From positions 27,032,001 to 27,096,000 of the forward strand of contig OZ116699.1 of the NCBI GenBank assembly GCA_964199315.1: a DNA stretch of 64,000 nt, written 5' to 3'. The stretch is from Orbicella franksi (taxonomy: Eukaryota). Positions 12,601 through 26,195 of this stretch are shown in pieces. The notes beneath the pieces are model-generated. The model worked only from the letters and a program-made list of their open reading frames with translations, made no database searches and was not told the DNA's origin. Numbering within the stretch: the first letter of the stretch is position 1; every line of letters begins with the position of its first letter. The translations under genes and the position numbers were made by a program.

Positions 12601-15600
12601 TTTGCAAAATCAATAGTTCAACAAATCAGAACACAGCAACTGCTCTTCAGTTTTCTCCTCCAAGGGACTCACCCGGTGTTAGATTCATTTGTTGAAGTTT
12701 AACCCTAGGAATGAACGTATCACTTTAAAAGGATATAGAGGATGAACAGGTTGGGCTTGTACTTCTTTATAGTAGGAAAAAAAGCTGTTCTGACATTATT
12801 CGTGTTGAGGAGCAAATGGACATACTGACCGTTCAGCCTCGAATGGCCGCAGCTATTCATCTTTCAAGTTGATTAGTATCAGTATTGAAAGTAGCTTGTA
12901 TTTTTTTTGTTTTTCTCTTTTTGTAGTCATTATTTTCTGAAGAAGACTTTGTAGAAGTTCCCAAGTTGCCAGAAGATGACGCATTTCAAATTCTAAGTAA
13001 CTGGCTGAGTATTGCTGGAAGAACCCTCTCGCCATCGCAGGAAGCCATCATCAATGACGCGCTTCAAAAGTGTTCCCTTCCAATCTTCATAAGAGTCGCG
13101 TATGACGAAGCCATAAGATGGAAGTCCTACTCTCTACCCAGCGAGACTGTACTTCAAGACACAGTTAGAGGTGAATGAAATTGATTATCTTTAGCACATA
13201 GATCTATACAAACATCTTAGCAGCCTTATTTTCCTCAGTCCCAGGTGATAAACATTGGCAACAATGGGACTTCAGTGACAAACATGTTAAACAAAAGTTA
13301 TCATGTGCAGCCTGTTGCAATGAAAGTTATCTTTTAAAAACCATCCCTTTTCATCTCAAAATTTCGACGGCTTCTGAGGAATTAAGCAGTAAAAAGAGTC
13401 TCAAAAATTGATTGATGTTTCAAACAAGAGACCGAATCACATTTTCAAACCTGCTTTTTATTGGTATTTTTCAGGCGCTGTCAACGCATTGTTCGAGAGG
13501 GTCGAACTTCAACATGGAAGAGTCTTGGTACGTCATGCTCTTGCGTACATAACTGCTGCAAAGAGTGGCCTGACTGGTACTGAAATAGAGGATTTGCTGT
13601 CATGCGATGATCACGTGTTGGATGACGTGTATCAGTACTGGACACCACCAATTAGGCGCATCCCTCCACTGCTCTGGGTCCGAATAAGGGGCGACTTGGC
13701 AGGTTACCTAGTGGACCGAGGAGCAGACGGCGCGAGTGTGATCACATGGTATCACCGACAATTTATTGAGGCTGCAAGGGTTCGATACCTATCATCAGAT
13801 GAGGAAAGGACATTCACTCATCAGGCGCTGAGCAATTATTTTCTAGGTGTGTGGGCTAACGGAAGAAAGAAGCCCTACAGGACTGCTAAGGGAGAGGAAT
13901 TGGAAGCTGACCGCTTTGTGTCCCATCAGCCGTGGAGATTCGAAGGAAGCACAAAGGCAAAGAATTATAACTATCGTAAGATAAACGAACTACCGTACCA
14001 TTTAGTGCTGTGTAATGACACAGAAACACTGAAAGGGGAAGTCTTGTGCAACTTCACGTTTCTTCTCACGTGTTTGGAGTCATGCTCTCTCCGAGATCTT
14101 ATAGACGAATTTGATTTTGCTCTTGAGAAAATTGCCGATAAGGATATTCAACTTGTTAAAGAAGCTCTTCAACTATCAACATTTGCTCTTCTTCAGCATC
14201 CTGCTCAGTTATCGTCTCAGCTACTCGGGCGCATTCAAACTTCGGACTCGGATCATATCAAGGTTTTGTTGAAACAGGCTCAAAACCCTTGGCAACCCTG
14301 TTTGTTGCCAAGTTCCGTTTGCTTAACATCACCCGGTGGACCGTTGGTACACTCGATGTCAGGACACCAGAAACCATCGTCCGCTCTCAGTGCTAGTGCA
14401 GATGGCAAATTTATTGCAAGTGCCTCTACTGACACAACTTGTACAATATGGGACGTCAATTCAGGAAGATTAGTACGGACTTTGGAAGGAGTAGGTAAGA
14501 GATAGGCATTTACTCTTCTGTGCGTTTACATTTATACCAAAAGCTTTTGAAATTGAGTTTTTCATTCCTTTGATCTGCTAATTATTTTTAAGCTTTGTTA
14601 CCCCCCCCCCCCCTTTCCAACCCTAGTTGTTAAAATGAAGCTGTAAAGGAGATCTCTCGGTCTCCTCACTTAGTTCTTCTTGGAAGATGGCAACGTCTGT
14701 GGCTGTTAGAACAATAAACTAGCAATGGATCACACCAATTCCCTGACTCTGAAACACAACAGTGGTGCCCTGTAGTGTTCTAAGACAGTTACTGAACGTT
14801 GCTTGAGATAAAACACGTTTATTCCATTTTACAGCTAAACAATCAGGAAACGGTGTCAACAAGATACACTAATCAACGTTTTACCAGGTATACGCGTCAT
14901 GTATCTTTTTTGTCATCTTTCAGGTGATGATGTCTGGTTCGTGGTGATATCTCCAGACAATTCAACGGTTGTGACTTCGCAAACCGGTTCCATATCGGCT
15001 TGGAGGCTTTCTAATGGCAAGCGGGTGTTTTCCGTTGAGGAGCGTGGATTAACAGCTGCACCGATATGTCTGTTTGAGAAGGATAATACAGTTTTACTTG
15101 CTTCGATCATCAAGCAAAATGTCAAAATATATAACCTGCAGACAGGGCATCTTTTTCAAGAGCTTCATGACGAAAAGTTACAAAAGCACAATGCCATGTC
15201 GTCGCCCTTATTCATGTGTTCACTTGAGCACCACAGTGTTCTCTACGCGGGAAGAGACAATGTATCCTCCGCCTCTCCCTTCAGAGGCTGGATCAGAGCT
15301 GCACATTTAGACACTGGAGAAGTCGTTGAGAGGTTGCAAGTCAGTCCTAACAATGTGGTACATTTCATTGGCGTCACAGAGCCCGATAAGCTGCTTCTAG
15401 TTTTGAGTGAAGGAGCCCAGGATCGAAGGAAGGGATCAGCAGTGCAGACAAAGTTTTTCAAACTGGAACTTTGGAATATTACACAGAAGATTCTATTTCG
15501 CAAGCTTGCAGACCTCCCTGATAAGGTGCGATGCTATGCATTGTCCTCGGACAAGTGTAAAGTTTTGACGTTGGGAAATTCAAGGTTTTTAGCCAATGCC

Positions 15601-17769
15601 AACGTTTTCCGAGCTGAAGTGAAAATGTTTGACTTGAAATCGGGTGACATCATCCAGCGTATGCTGACTTACCCAAGCACTATTCATTTAATGGAATTTA
15701 TAGACTCAAACCACGTTATTACTGCATCACGTGACAAGATTGTTCGACTCTGGGATTTGGAAAGAAATGTCACTTCACCGAGTGAAGGGAGTGAAGAGGA
15801 AGCAGAGCTGGAAATTGTCGACCTGAGTGGGTATCATGCCATCTGCTGGGAGAAAAACGGAATACGTCTGGTAGATCTTCAAGCTAGACGCTTCGTCCAG
15901 TTCAGGAATGGTTTACAGCCTCAAATGGCATTTGTAAACGACAGCGAAGTCATCCTTGCATCTTCTGGGAAGTTGCATCTCTTCGACATGAACCAAAGGC
16001 AAAGAATTCGTCAATTTGACGGAGACGTCTACCAAGCAGGGCTAACGAACAGCATTTTCGTTTACAAACAAGCTCAGCTGATTGCAGTGTCTTGTGATCA
16101 GCGATCTCTGTGCGTGTTCGACATCAGCACTGGTAGAAGAATAGCGCAGATGCAATGTGAACACGTCCGAAGGTGAGTGCTTAATTCAGTTTTCAAAGCT
16201 TTATTACCAATATCTTCTGCTGGTTAGGCTTTATGTAAGCGTCAGCTAACTATAGCATCCCCTTTCTTGTAACAAGAGCTAAAATAGGGTATGATCATGA
16301 AGTGGAATTGAATACCAGTGTTGTTCTGGCCTTATGGGTTTGATAAAGGGGACCAGGTTTCAGCCCTGGCGGCGTCATTGAGATGAATACTTGGACGAGA
16401 CACACGGCACTCTCACAGTCTCTCTTCATCCAGGTGCATATACGGTATAATGAACTAAGCATCCCATTCAAGGGGGAGCTTAGATACTCCTAGTCAGTTG
16501 ATACGACAGCTCCAGTAGTAGGTGAATCTTTGGCTAGACGCAGTGAAATACCAATACGACACAGTTACCTGATTTTACAGATAAAATTGCGTAATTGGAA
16601 ATGATCGATATCAGCATGATTGTTGGTATCGTTTGGCTCGTTAAACGTTCCCTAAAGAATCGGAACATTAGCCTTTTGATCTTAATTTGTCTTTTACGTT
16701 TCAGGCTTGTACACACTCTAAATGGTGAAATCTGTGTTTGTGGGCACAGTGTAAACTATGAGGACGAGGCCAAATGTCGTTACTTTTACTCCGTGTGGGA
16801 TCTGAATGAAAAGACGTGCATCCGCGAGATTGATGTAGAGGAATCAGAAGCAGACTTCTACGGTGAGTTTGGGCGTGTCCCGATAGATATGAATGGCTAG
16901 GATGATTTAAGATACGCCACTCAATTTCTGTGATTTTGACTGTTATTTCGTACAGCTGTCTTTGAGAACTAAATTCTTAACTTAATAAGAAAACCTGTTC
17001 GTATTCTTAATGCTAATACGTGCTCGGAGGAATGAAAAAAAGCTTTTTACTCAATCAGATATGACACTTGTTCTCAGCCAGCCAAGACAAGCACGGTATG
17101 CAATGCAAACGGTATCACTCTCTATCAAATGAAAAGTTAAGTTCCTTATCTTTTTTCTATGGTTTTAACGATCTTCTTGCTTTTCTAGAAATGCAGTTGG
17201 CTAAAGATGGACACCACCTGTCAGATATTCTCTACGACATTGGCGTGAAGTTGTACCGCGCAGTCGTGTATGATCTGAAGACGGGGAAACTTTTATTCAT
17301 CTCAGAAACGGAGCACCATGTTCATTCATCAGCGATCATTTCTGAAACAAGTACCCTACTTCTGGGCCTGTTTGATGGCACCATGGAACTCTACAACATA
17401 GAAAGAGGGACATGCTTACACAGACTCAAGCAAGCACATCTTGGAGCGATCCATCGGGTATACACCACCGATGATGGATCAGTTGCTATGACAACTGCAG
17501 GGGGCTTAGACTCGAAGGATCGCTCGATCCGCTTTTGGAGAATGAGAAAAAACAGAATTACACTGTTAACAGTGTTCACTCCTGACGCAAAAGTGTCGTC
17601 GATGAACCTCTCAGGCGATGGCCATCTTGTAGCTCTGGAAATAACAGAGGTAGTCCCTTTTGTTCTTGTTAGAGAAACGAATAGAGAGACACTGCGATTT
17701 AACGATTTGGAACGATTTACTTGCAGCTTCACTGTAGATTTGTTTGACTTTAAGGTTCTTCATTCATAG
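6671..17769 (+). CDS. NWD2: NACHT domain- and WD40 repeat-containing protein (NWD2/NWD1-like; DUF4062-NACHT-WD40)
   Basis: Phase-compatible exons 6671-6738, 6884-7122, 7602-7687, 7966-8082, 8615-8951, 10838-11019, 11357-11665, 11821-12045, 12297-12509, 12927-13170, 13475-14494, 14924-16172, 16705-16862 and 17189-17769. Motifs: IRIFTSSTFTDM..ERNALM, VVDMRWGVRDE, TFLGQKYGFRPLP, Walker A GQSGCGKTS, Walker B LFIFLDSLDQ, YWTPPIRRIPPLLW, WD repeats (SASTDTTCTIWD, TASRDKIVRLWD). NWD1 versus NWD2 orthology is not resolved. Confidence 0.9.
7315..7474. mobile_element. hAT-like MITE in an NWD intron
   Basis: TIRs cagtggcggatc / gatccgccactg; no clean TSD. Confidence 0.7.
16330..16500 (+). mobile_element. 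Degenerate SINE fragment
   Basis: Shares the gcatccca..ggggg..aatact(c/g)ctagt core with the better-preserved copy at 51355-51515. Confidence 0.4.
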
Positions 17770-20700
17770 TTTGTCAGCCCATAGTTAATGGTGGGAAATT
17801 GTCAAGAAGGCTGGCAAAAATCAAAGAAGCAAAAAAACCAGGCTAAGATTTATGTTGGAAGGCCCTTGACCCTGCACGTCTTTTGTCTTACGCTCATAAA
17901 CCATGCATAAATTACACAACCGCAATGCTTCTATTGGCTAGTTGTATGAAGACACATAACCACCTATTGTCTTTGCCAGATTTAGTGCAGGGTCAACCCC
18001 CAAAATAACCAACTAAAATATGCAACAAAGAATTTTGCCACGTTTTCTAACCATTTCTATCTTTTAACTATGGTCAGCCGTAGATATCTTTTAGCAGGTG
18101 GCAATTAAGGTGCCAAGTCGTCTTATGAGTTAAGTCCTCTTTCTACATGAGCATTTTTAAGATACAGGCATGTGGTACGATTTCTTCCTGGAAATTGTTG
18201 CATGCGACATCCTTACGAAATCCCTATTTAATCATTTCGGTTTGTAAAGGACCCTACCTGTAGTCGATAATAAGACTCTTCATTTTTTAGGGATATTCTG
18301 TTCCAACATTAGCAAGTAACATTATAGTTTCAATGGTACATTGTGGTTAAATGAGTTTATAAAGCTTTCTAGTTTGCAGGACGTTTGACTCTACAGCACT
18401 ATGATTGCAAAGTACAAATTGCATTTTGGTCCCAAAAGGTGTGAACTGATATGGAATGTACTATCCTTTTTTAGTACAATTCCACTAGTATACTAATGCA
18501 AATGCTGCAATCTGATTGCCTGAGCTACTCGTTTACTATCATCCATTAGTGTGTAGTGGCTGGACGTCGTCTGCAAAAAGAGACTTTTTTTCGTTTTTGC
18601 GGCGAATTTACCGAGGAATATTTAGATACAAATCGATAAATAAATTCCCGAGAAGACTAAAAGAAAGACATTCACGGTTTCTTGACTAGAAATGTAAGTA
18701 AGAATTCTGCTAAAACAATTATTACTATTCCTTCTCGATCTCTATGGGGTGATATAGTTGATTCGGCCTTCGCCTCATCAACTTCACCTCGTAGAAATCT
18801 CGAGCCGAGCTCATAATCTGAGCGGAGTGGCCGGTCTAAGCAAGTCGCGTGCGACATTTGGAAGAAAAAGTCATAACTCTTGAACAGGCCCTCAGCCGAA
18901 AGTTTGTAAAAAAAAATTCCGAAATATATGTAAAATAGTTAGACAATATTTTTAATATATATATTTTCAATCATAGGAAATTTTCCTAAAATAAGCTTTA
19001 TCGCTATTTATTAAGAGAGTTGTATAATTTTTTAAACTACCCTACGCTAAAACTTTAAAGTTTTGTAGACAATAAAAGTGTTATTTTTAAACCCCTTTTG
19101 AACATCTCAGGCATTTACCAAAACATACGAACTTGCTGTTGTTTGAAGTCAGGGCACCCGAATTTTAATATGTGTTCCTATTTTCACTATTAATAATGAC
19201 TAGAATACGTCTTATGTACATGGCATTGAGTTCTTTGAGGAGTTTTCACTTTTCAAAATGTTTTATAATGGAAAGCGCTTTATTTTTTATTGATATGGTT
19301 AAAAACGTCGTCAACACTGACAATATCTAAACCTGAACAAACCATAATAGCTTATATCTGCCGGGCCCGAAGCTTCTTTTTCAGACATACATTAACGGCG
19401 AGACAAAGCAAAGATTAAGCTCTTGCGCAAGAAAGGTACATTAACATCTGGGCCCAACTTGTAAAATAAATGTAAAATAGTATTCAAGCCTAATGGCCTG
19501 TTGGGTTTAAAACATAATTTTCGTCTCGGCTGATGTTTCCGTATACGGTCACACCGGTAAACAAGAGTTATAAAAGTTCTACCGAGCAGTGTAATTAACA
19601 AACACCTTCGAAAAAAAGTGAATTGAATTTATGAATATCTGTAGGGATTATGAACGGTGCGATAAAAATCCCAATGATGATATTTATAAAAAGTAAAATA
19701 AAACAATGGATTAGGAATAAACCGAACCATTAATGAAAAGTGAAGATAGCAAATAATGAGTCGGGTGTATCCACTGCCCTTGAAATCATTGAACAAAACG
19801 CAATTACATGGTCTTACATTACTCTTACTCGGACGATATAAAACCAGATACGCTGACTGCTGAGTCTTCGAAGGGGGTTTTGAACCAAAATACAATACAA
19901 TTTTGAGTTTAAATTCAGATTATGCTCAGCTAGACGGCAGTTTATATTTTTGTGTGGACATTTCAGTGCAAATGTTTAATGACTAATTCACTGCATTTTT
20001 TCTTTTTAGCGCTAGATATTAAAATAGTATTTTTCAATATTTTACCAGAAGATTCACCTCTCAGCTTAACTGACTGATAAGTTTTTCACTTTTAGGAGAA
20101 AATTAATGAAATGAAGTGAAATAAAATTTGCTTCATCGGTAAAGATGGTCATACTTCTTTTCAGTAAATTTTGTCTTTCATTGTTCAGGCTCAAAAGCCT
20201 GGTGGGAACTTGCTGACTTGAAAACCGAGTAAACGTTCTGCTATGACAATGAGAAATTTGCATTCTTCCTTATCCGCGAGTAATATAAGCTAAACGCCAG
20301 TTAGTGAGCATTTATTCTGACAAATCCGTCACAATAACAAAACATTTAAAGCAGGTGAAACTATACAATGACCAGTTTTTCATTGTAAAGAAATTTCACA
20401 AGAGAAAACAAAAGTGTACTTCTGCCATACAACCAAGTAAGGATTTGAATATGATCGCTTCTGAAACTGGCTAAGGTTTTTAAAGAAAAAAAAAAACATA
20501 TCTTCTTGCTTCACAGTAGATTTTTCTTCAATGTCGATGCGACTAAACTGGCTATTGCAAACCCTGTTTTGTGTGCCAGTTTCATTTAAAAATGCTGCTA
20601 AACTGAGGCGAAACTTTCTCCATGTGATGGTTAATTTGTGTGAATAATATATGAGACAATCGCGAAAAACAAACAACGGTTTATAATTTCGGATGCAAAA

Positions 20701-23463
20701 ACGTGGGCAATCTTAAATAATCCCCAAAATAACCTGCTCCGAACCACAAGACTTACAACCGAGGCTGGCATGCGACATAGTCAATATAAATTATCTAGCG
20801 TCACCCAAATCATCATTCACTTAGTCTTTAAGAAGCTAATTTATCTGTGATACTCGGCCAGCGAGAACAAGACAAAGACGGTCAGAAAGCGGACTCTAAA
20901 CAATAGAGATGGTCAGCCAATAACACTGTTGCTTCAAGCAGATGTTTAGCTAATGACTCGATTCGACTTTCCTTGTTGTGTTTCAAACAGGTACCATATG
21001 TTTCGCGGTTACTTTTTCTCATGGAATACAACGATAACAACGTGCTAGCGATGTCCACCTCGACACACGCGAGCAGATTTGTACAACAGGAGCAACAAAC
21101 TACGGTACAATTCGCCGTCGAGCAAGTCGTCAGTGGAAAATTGCAGTGGAGTGAGCCGCTAGTCAAAAATTGTTGACTTCTTACTTTCTGTTTACAGTGT
21201 TGATCTTGTCGCACAGTGGTAAACTTTAGGCATATGTATAATAGCTGAATTTCAAACACAGCATCCCTTACCTCGTGGTTTATAAAACAGCAGCTAAAGA
21301 CAAGAGATAAGTTTATCATATCTAACAGTAAGAGGGAGGACTACTTTGCCTAAAGTACTCTCTCTGAGTTTCAGCTGATAACCGAAAGTTTCAACTATAC
21401 TGCGGATTTATAGTTCGTATTTGTAATATGGCTCTGCGATTTGGAAACACTACGAGGCTTCATCACATTGACTTTCCAGCAGCTTCTACAGAAAGTGGGA
21501 GCCAGACCTGGGAACAAACGGTTCCAAAGACTCATTCAGAATTGAAACCAGCTCCTCAAGGTAATCAGACACATAAAACAGGGAAGGTTAACGTGCGAAT
21601 CCGCAAAAGACAAGAAAAGGAAAGCACCAGAAAGGCTCGGCAGGACAGGAGTACGCAATCTGCGTCTTCAACAGAACTAAAAAGCGAAATCTTAAACAAC
21701 AGTGGCAGTTGTGGATTCACCCAAGAGGTTCCAATTCCCAACCGGACGACTTTCAGCGCTATAACTCAACAATCCACGGCGATGTGCTATATGAATTTAA
21801 CTGTGGAGTGGGACGTTTTAGACTCGTTCTCGGAGTTTGCGACGTTTTTAGAGTTACAAAATCCTATCTGTCCCGCGCATCTTATTGACACTCCAGAGAA
21901 GCTTCTAAGTGTTTTGTCGTGCGAGCTTTAAACATGACTGTATTCGGCCTGATAAGTGCGTTTGGTGGTTTTCAAAACATTGGTCAAAGAACAAAAAGAC
22001 TTGGGTCAACGGTGAAAACCGTCTGAAGTCTGCAATCAATTCCGGTTGGAATAATAAGACAGAAAATCGAAATAAAACGACCTTCACCTTTAATATATTT
22101 ATTTAAATGCCCTGTTGACAAAGAAAGCAAGCGAAATGTTATTTCTGTTTTCTCCAAATTAAACGAAGTTCTCCTTCACTGACTAACAACAGCGTGGCCT
22201 GATCTAAGTTTATATTAACGAAGCGCTTAATTCTAAAAACGGTTTATCGTATATTAGGCTTAGTAATTTTGCATAGATCTGATTGCCAGTGAATATTTAA
22301 ACCATTTGTAATTAAGCAAACAACTTGTGTTAACGATGGTCGAACATCAAGCGAGCAAAAACGGCATACTGAATCTAGCCTACACACTTGTCCTTGATCA
22401 CAGTCGAGCTCGGCGCACGCTCGAGTTTGCGGTCAAAGTGTCGCGTGTGTTTTTCTCTTTGAAAATATCGTACACCATTAACTTTTAACGCGCAAGATGA
22501 TAAAAATCTCTTTTGAGATACCACTTTCTTGTGAAGTCATTAATATTCCTCTATGCTTGCCACCTGTACAGGAGATATTCACCTACTGTATTTGATCTAC
22601 AGTTAAAAAGTGACGAAATATCTTTGTTCGTTTAACATACTTTTGCTGATCTTGGTTCCATTTAAGTCTCTGATTTCTCATCTCTACTTGATTGTGATTT
22701 TTTTTCTGAGTAGCTCTTGCTTTCAGTTCGACTGCCAAAAAGCACATCATACTTGTAAATATCCGAGGAACTGACTGACTAATCGTACAGAGGAAACTAG
22801 AAGAACTAATTGTCTACAGAATCGTGAACCGTTTGACGTCTGTGAAACACCTAAGAAACACCCATGAAAGTTCCATGCATGAAAGTGTGAATTTAGTTCA
22901 ACGCTCTTATTAGGATATCTTAGCAACTTTTTATACTCTAACTACGAGTATATATGACATATTAAAATTGTATTTAAGGCATGGTAATCACATTGACGTG
23001 TACATACTCTTTAACTCCTTTGTAGCTACCACTACAAAGGTGTTAAAACTTGTCCAAAATAAACGTTTTCGTTATAATAAATCACAAATTCGTAGAAAAT
23101 GATCGAGCCTCATTCGATGCTTCCGTATGGTTTTCGTGTTTTAGGATTCATCATCTTGAGTTTTTTTTAATTTCTTATTTTTTTAAATGATTCGACTTTA
23201 CTGCCATTGAGTTTACTCGCTGCGTGTTTTAATCATATTTATAGGTCTCATCCAAGCCGGCCATTTTGTGAGAGGAAATTAAAAATCAAACCAGAGTTTT
23301 ATTAAAGATTGTAGTCTAGCATAGCATATCTTTTTATCTGTTGTATTTTGATGATCGATGATAACAGTATTTTTCTAGCCCTCAAAAGGAGCCTTACACT
23401 GAGAGCACATTGATGTGCGCGGATGATTTCTTGAGCTTGTTAACGCGACATAACCATGAGTGT

Positions 23464-23466
<3 letters not shown>

Positions 23467-23509
<43 letters not shown>
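23467..23509 (+). repeat. Poly(A) tract of about 41 nt
   Basis: Uninterrupted A run. Confidence 0.95.
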
Positions 23510-23510
<1 letters not shown>

Positions 23511-23906
23511 AGGAGCGGGTAATTTAACCAAAGTAAAAGACCCTGTGGGCATTATATCAATTTAAAATCGGTCGTCAATGCAGCTCTTTTCTTCATTTTG
23601 GACCGGAAAACTCCTTGACTTGCGCGCATGCAGCAAGACAATGGCCAGCTGATTCCCCAATAGATGTTTATCCAGCCTTCCTGTTTTTGACACAATGGCA
23701 ACCTCATGATCATGGATTCATGCTAATGGAAGTCCTAAAGAAAGTTTTTGTTTTTAGTCTTTTAATAATCGCGATTTGCATAATATTGAACCCAACTATG
23801 ATATCGCAGCGAATATCAAAATTAATGACTTCTGGTTGATAAGAAGCAAAACCGTCTATGGTAGTTTTCAGAAAAAAAGGACACTTTTTTTTGAGAAAAT
23901 AGATTA

Positions 23907-24150
23907 TTTATCTTAGCGTTCAGAAGAAGACCGATGGCTTCGTTAGTATTCCAGTGCAGAGAAAGATAATATTTCCGCAGAAGCGCACTTTGGGAATGTA
24001 GAGTTTTTATCTTAGATTTCATTAGGAGACCGAATGCTTCGTCAGTATTCCAAGGTAGAAATCTTGCCGCCGAAAGAAGCGCAATTTGAGACAGTGGATT
24101 TTTTATCTGAATGTTCGGCAGAAGATCGAGGGTTTGTTAGTATTTCAGTG
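23907..24150. repeat. Degenerate ~96-100 bp tandem triplication
   Basis: Units start ttttatct at 23907, 24005 and 24101 and share agaagaccga..ttcgttagtattcca..gaagcgca. Confidence 0.7.
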
Positions 24151-24309
24151 ATGATGTTGCCTCGTCTTTTTTCGAAAAATTAGCGTAGTACACTAGTAAA
24201 ATTGGCTAAGTAAAGTAAACAAAACAAAATGAACATCTATCATATTTTTTCCTCTATAATTTCGTTTTTAATTTCGTCTATCACCGAAGAAGAATGCCGA
24301 TATTACAAT

Positions 24310-24755
24310 ACTAATAATACACACGAAACAATTACTCGATTCTGATTGGCTAAGAGCAGTGCAGTTCAAGTGTAACACCAGTGCAAATTACACATCGAAA
24401 TTCTGGATTTTGATTGACTGAAAGAAAATAGGAACTTTTCTAAGAAAATGATATCACGTAAAATGATGACGAAAATTTTGTGCTGAAACTTTGAAAAAAG
24501 TTTTCTCAAATGAGAAAAAATGGCTTCAAGAAAGGTCTTCCGGCACTTCCTCCGCACGAATTTTTTCACGTTTATATTATTAATAAGTAATCATACGGTT
24601 TTTCTCGTTCAATTTGGAGGTAATTTGCACTTGCGAGTTTTTCAAAAAGTTGAAATTACACTCGCCGAAGCGGCTCGTGCAATTTCTGCTTTTTGAAAAA
24701 CTCACTCGTGCAAAGTAATTCCAAATTGAACTCGAAACCGTATGATTACCTATAC
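24310..24755. mobile_element. Non-autonomous element ending in a long imperfect hairpin
   Basis: 24586-24752 folds back: gtaatcatacggttt..gttcaatttgga..tttttcaaaaag / ctttttgaaaaa..tccaaattgaac..aaaccgtatgattac. Confidence 0.55.
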
Positions 24756-25399
24756 AAAACGAGCTGAATTGCTTTTAATTGAATGGTCAACGCTTTACAT
24801 GTTGAACCAACACTTCTCCTATATAGATTTGAGCGACGCGAAAGGAGTTGCCCGTGTGAGGAAAAGCCTCAAGTGAAATTTTATTTTAACCACCTCTAAT
24901 TGTTGCTATTTTGAGATGAATGAACGTTTCCAATTATTGTTCCCTCATAACTGTTTTGATCATCCGGAACTATTGTTTCCGAATTGTTCGTGATTAAACT
25001 GGTACGCTAGGTGTATTTTTAACTTTTTGGGACTTAAAAATCGTTTGTTTCCGCTAAAGTACCCAAAATTAGCTACACTGCAAAACATCATTATCAGATA
25101 TTTAGTAAACACGTCGGTGATTCATGCTTGCGAACGGAAACTTCCACGCCCAACAGGTCAACAATCTGCAAAGAAAACAAGGAAACCTCATTTTTCCGTG
25201 TAAAGAATCAGTTACTTTGTCCGATACTGAAATCGCTGGTTTTGACTGTCAAGTCAAAATAAGTATGATGGTAACCATTCAATGAGTTAGGCCAGGAATC
25301 TGATATGGGATAGATGACTGATATATAAAGAACCTCGCCAAGAATTTAGTCTCTTCAATTTTTTATACTTGAGTTATTCGGAGAAACATTGATGTTAAT

Positions 25400-25818
25400 T
25401 TAGGCACCATCCACATGTATCCGGATGTTTTTAAATCCGCAACTTTTTCTTTCCGGATTCAAAAATTTCCCCTTCCACACGTAGCGTATTCAAATCGAAT
25501 TCGCCTGTCCACACGCATCCGATGGTATCCGAATTCACTCTAGAGAAACTAGGCCTACACGTTGTGCCGGCATATTGGTTTATTATTCGGTAAGAGACTG
25601 GACACGATTTTACTACGTTATCGGATTCAAAAAATATCCGGATTCAAAGTCCACACGTTATCGGATTCGTTGCGATTTATTTTTTCCACTCTGGAGAGCC
25701 GATTAAAAATATCCGGATTCGCTGTGGAATTCGCCGGATGCGTGTGGACGGAAGCCGTATCCGGAAAGAAAAAGTTGCGGATTCAAAAATATTCGGATAC
25801 GTATGCACAGGGCTTTAT
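25400..25818. mobile_element. Harbinger-like MITE
   Basis: Imperfect TIRs ggcaccatccacatgtatccggat / attcggatacgtatgcacagggc; internal tccggat/ccacacg repeats in both orientations. Confidence 0.6.
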
Positions 25819-26195
25819 GGAGCTCCCGGCCCCAGCATCCCCAGGGGGCTATGGCTAAAAGTAAATTTAAAGAGCTTTGCACGGAGACGAGAAGTTGGTG
25901 TCTCTCGGAGAGCACCAGCATGGCGGCCGTAATGTAACAAAAACATCTGTTTTGCTATTAAAACGAAACGCTATTGCTTTAGCCCCTTCATTGAAATTAA
26001 TACTTCAGTTAATCCAAGGACTGTTAAGTTAGCAAAAATTTAAAGGATTAGTCATCTTTTGACCTACGCGACAGCCTTATCGGGTTTAATTTTAATGCAA
26101 TTTTTAAAGCTTTGAAATTCACATGTGCTCAGTTAAAAAAAGCAAACCCTGTCGAAAGGACATAATATCTGAGAGGGCGATATATCTAATGAAAC

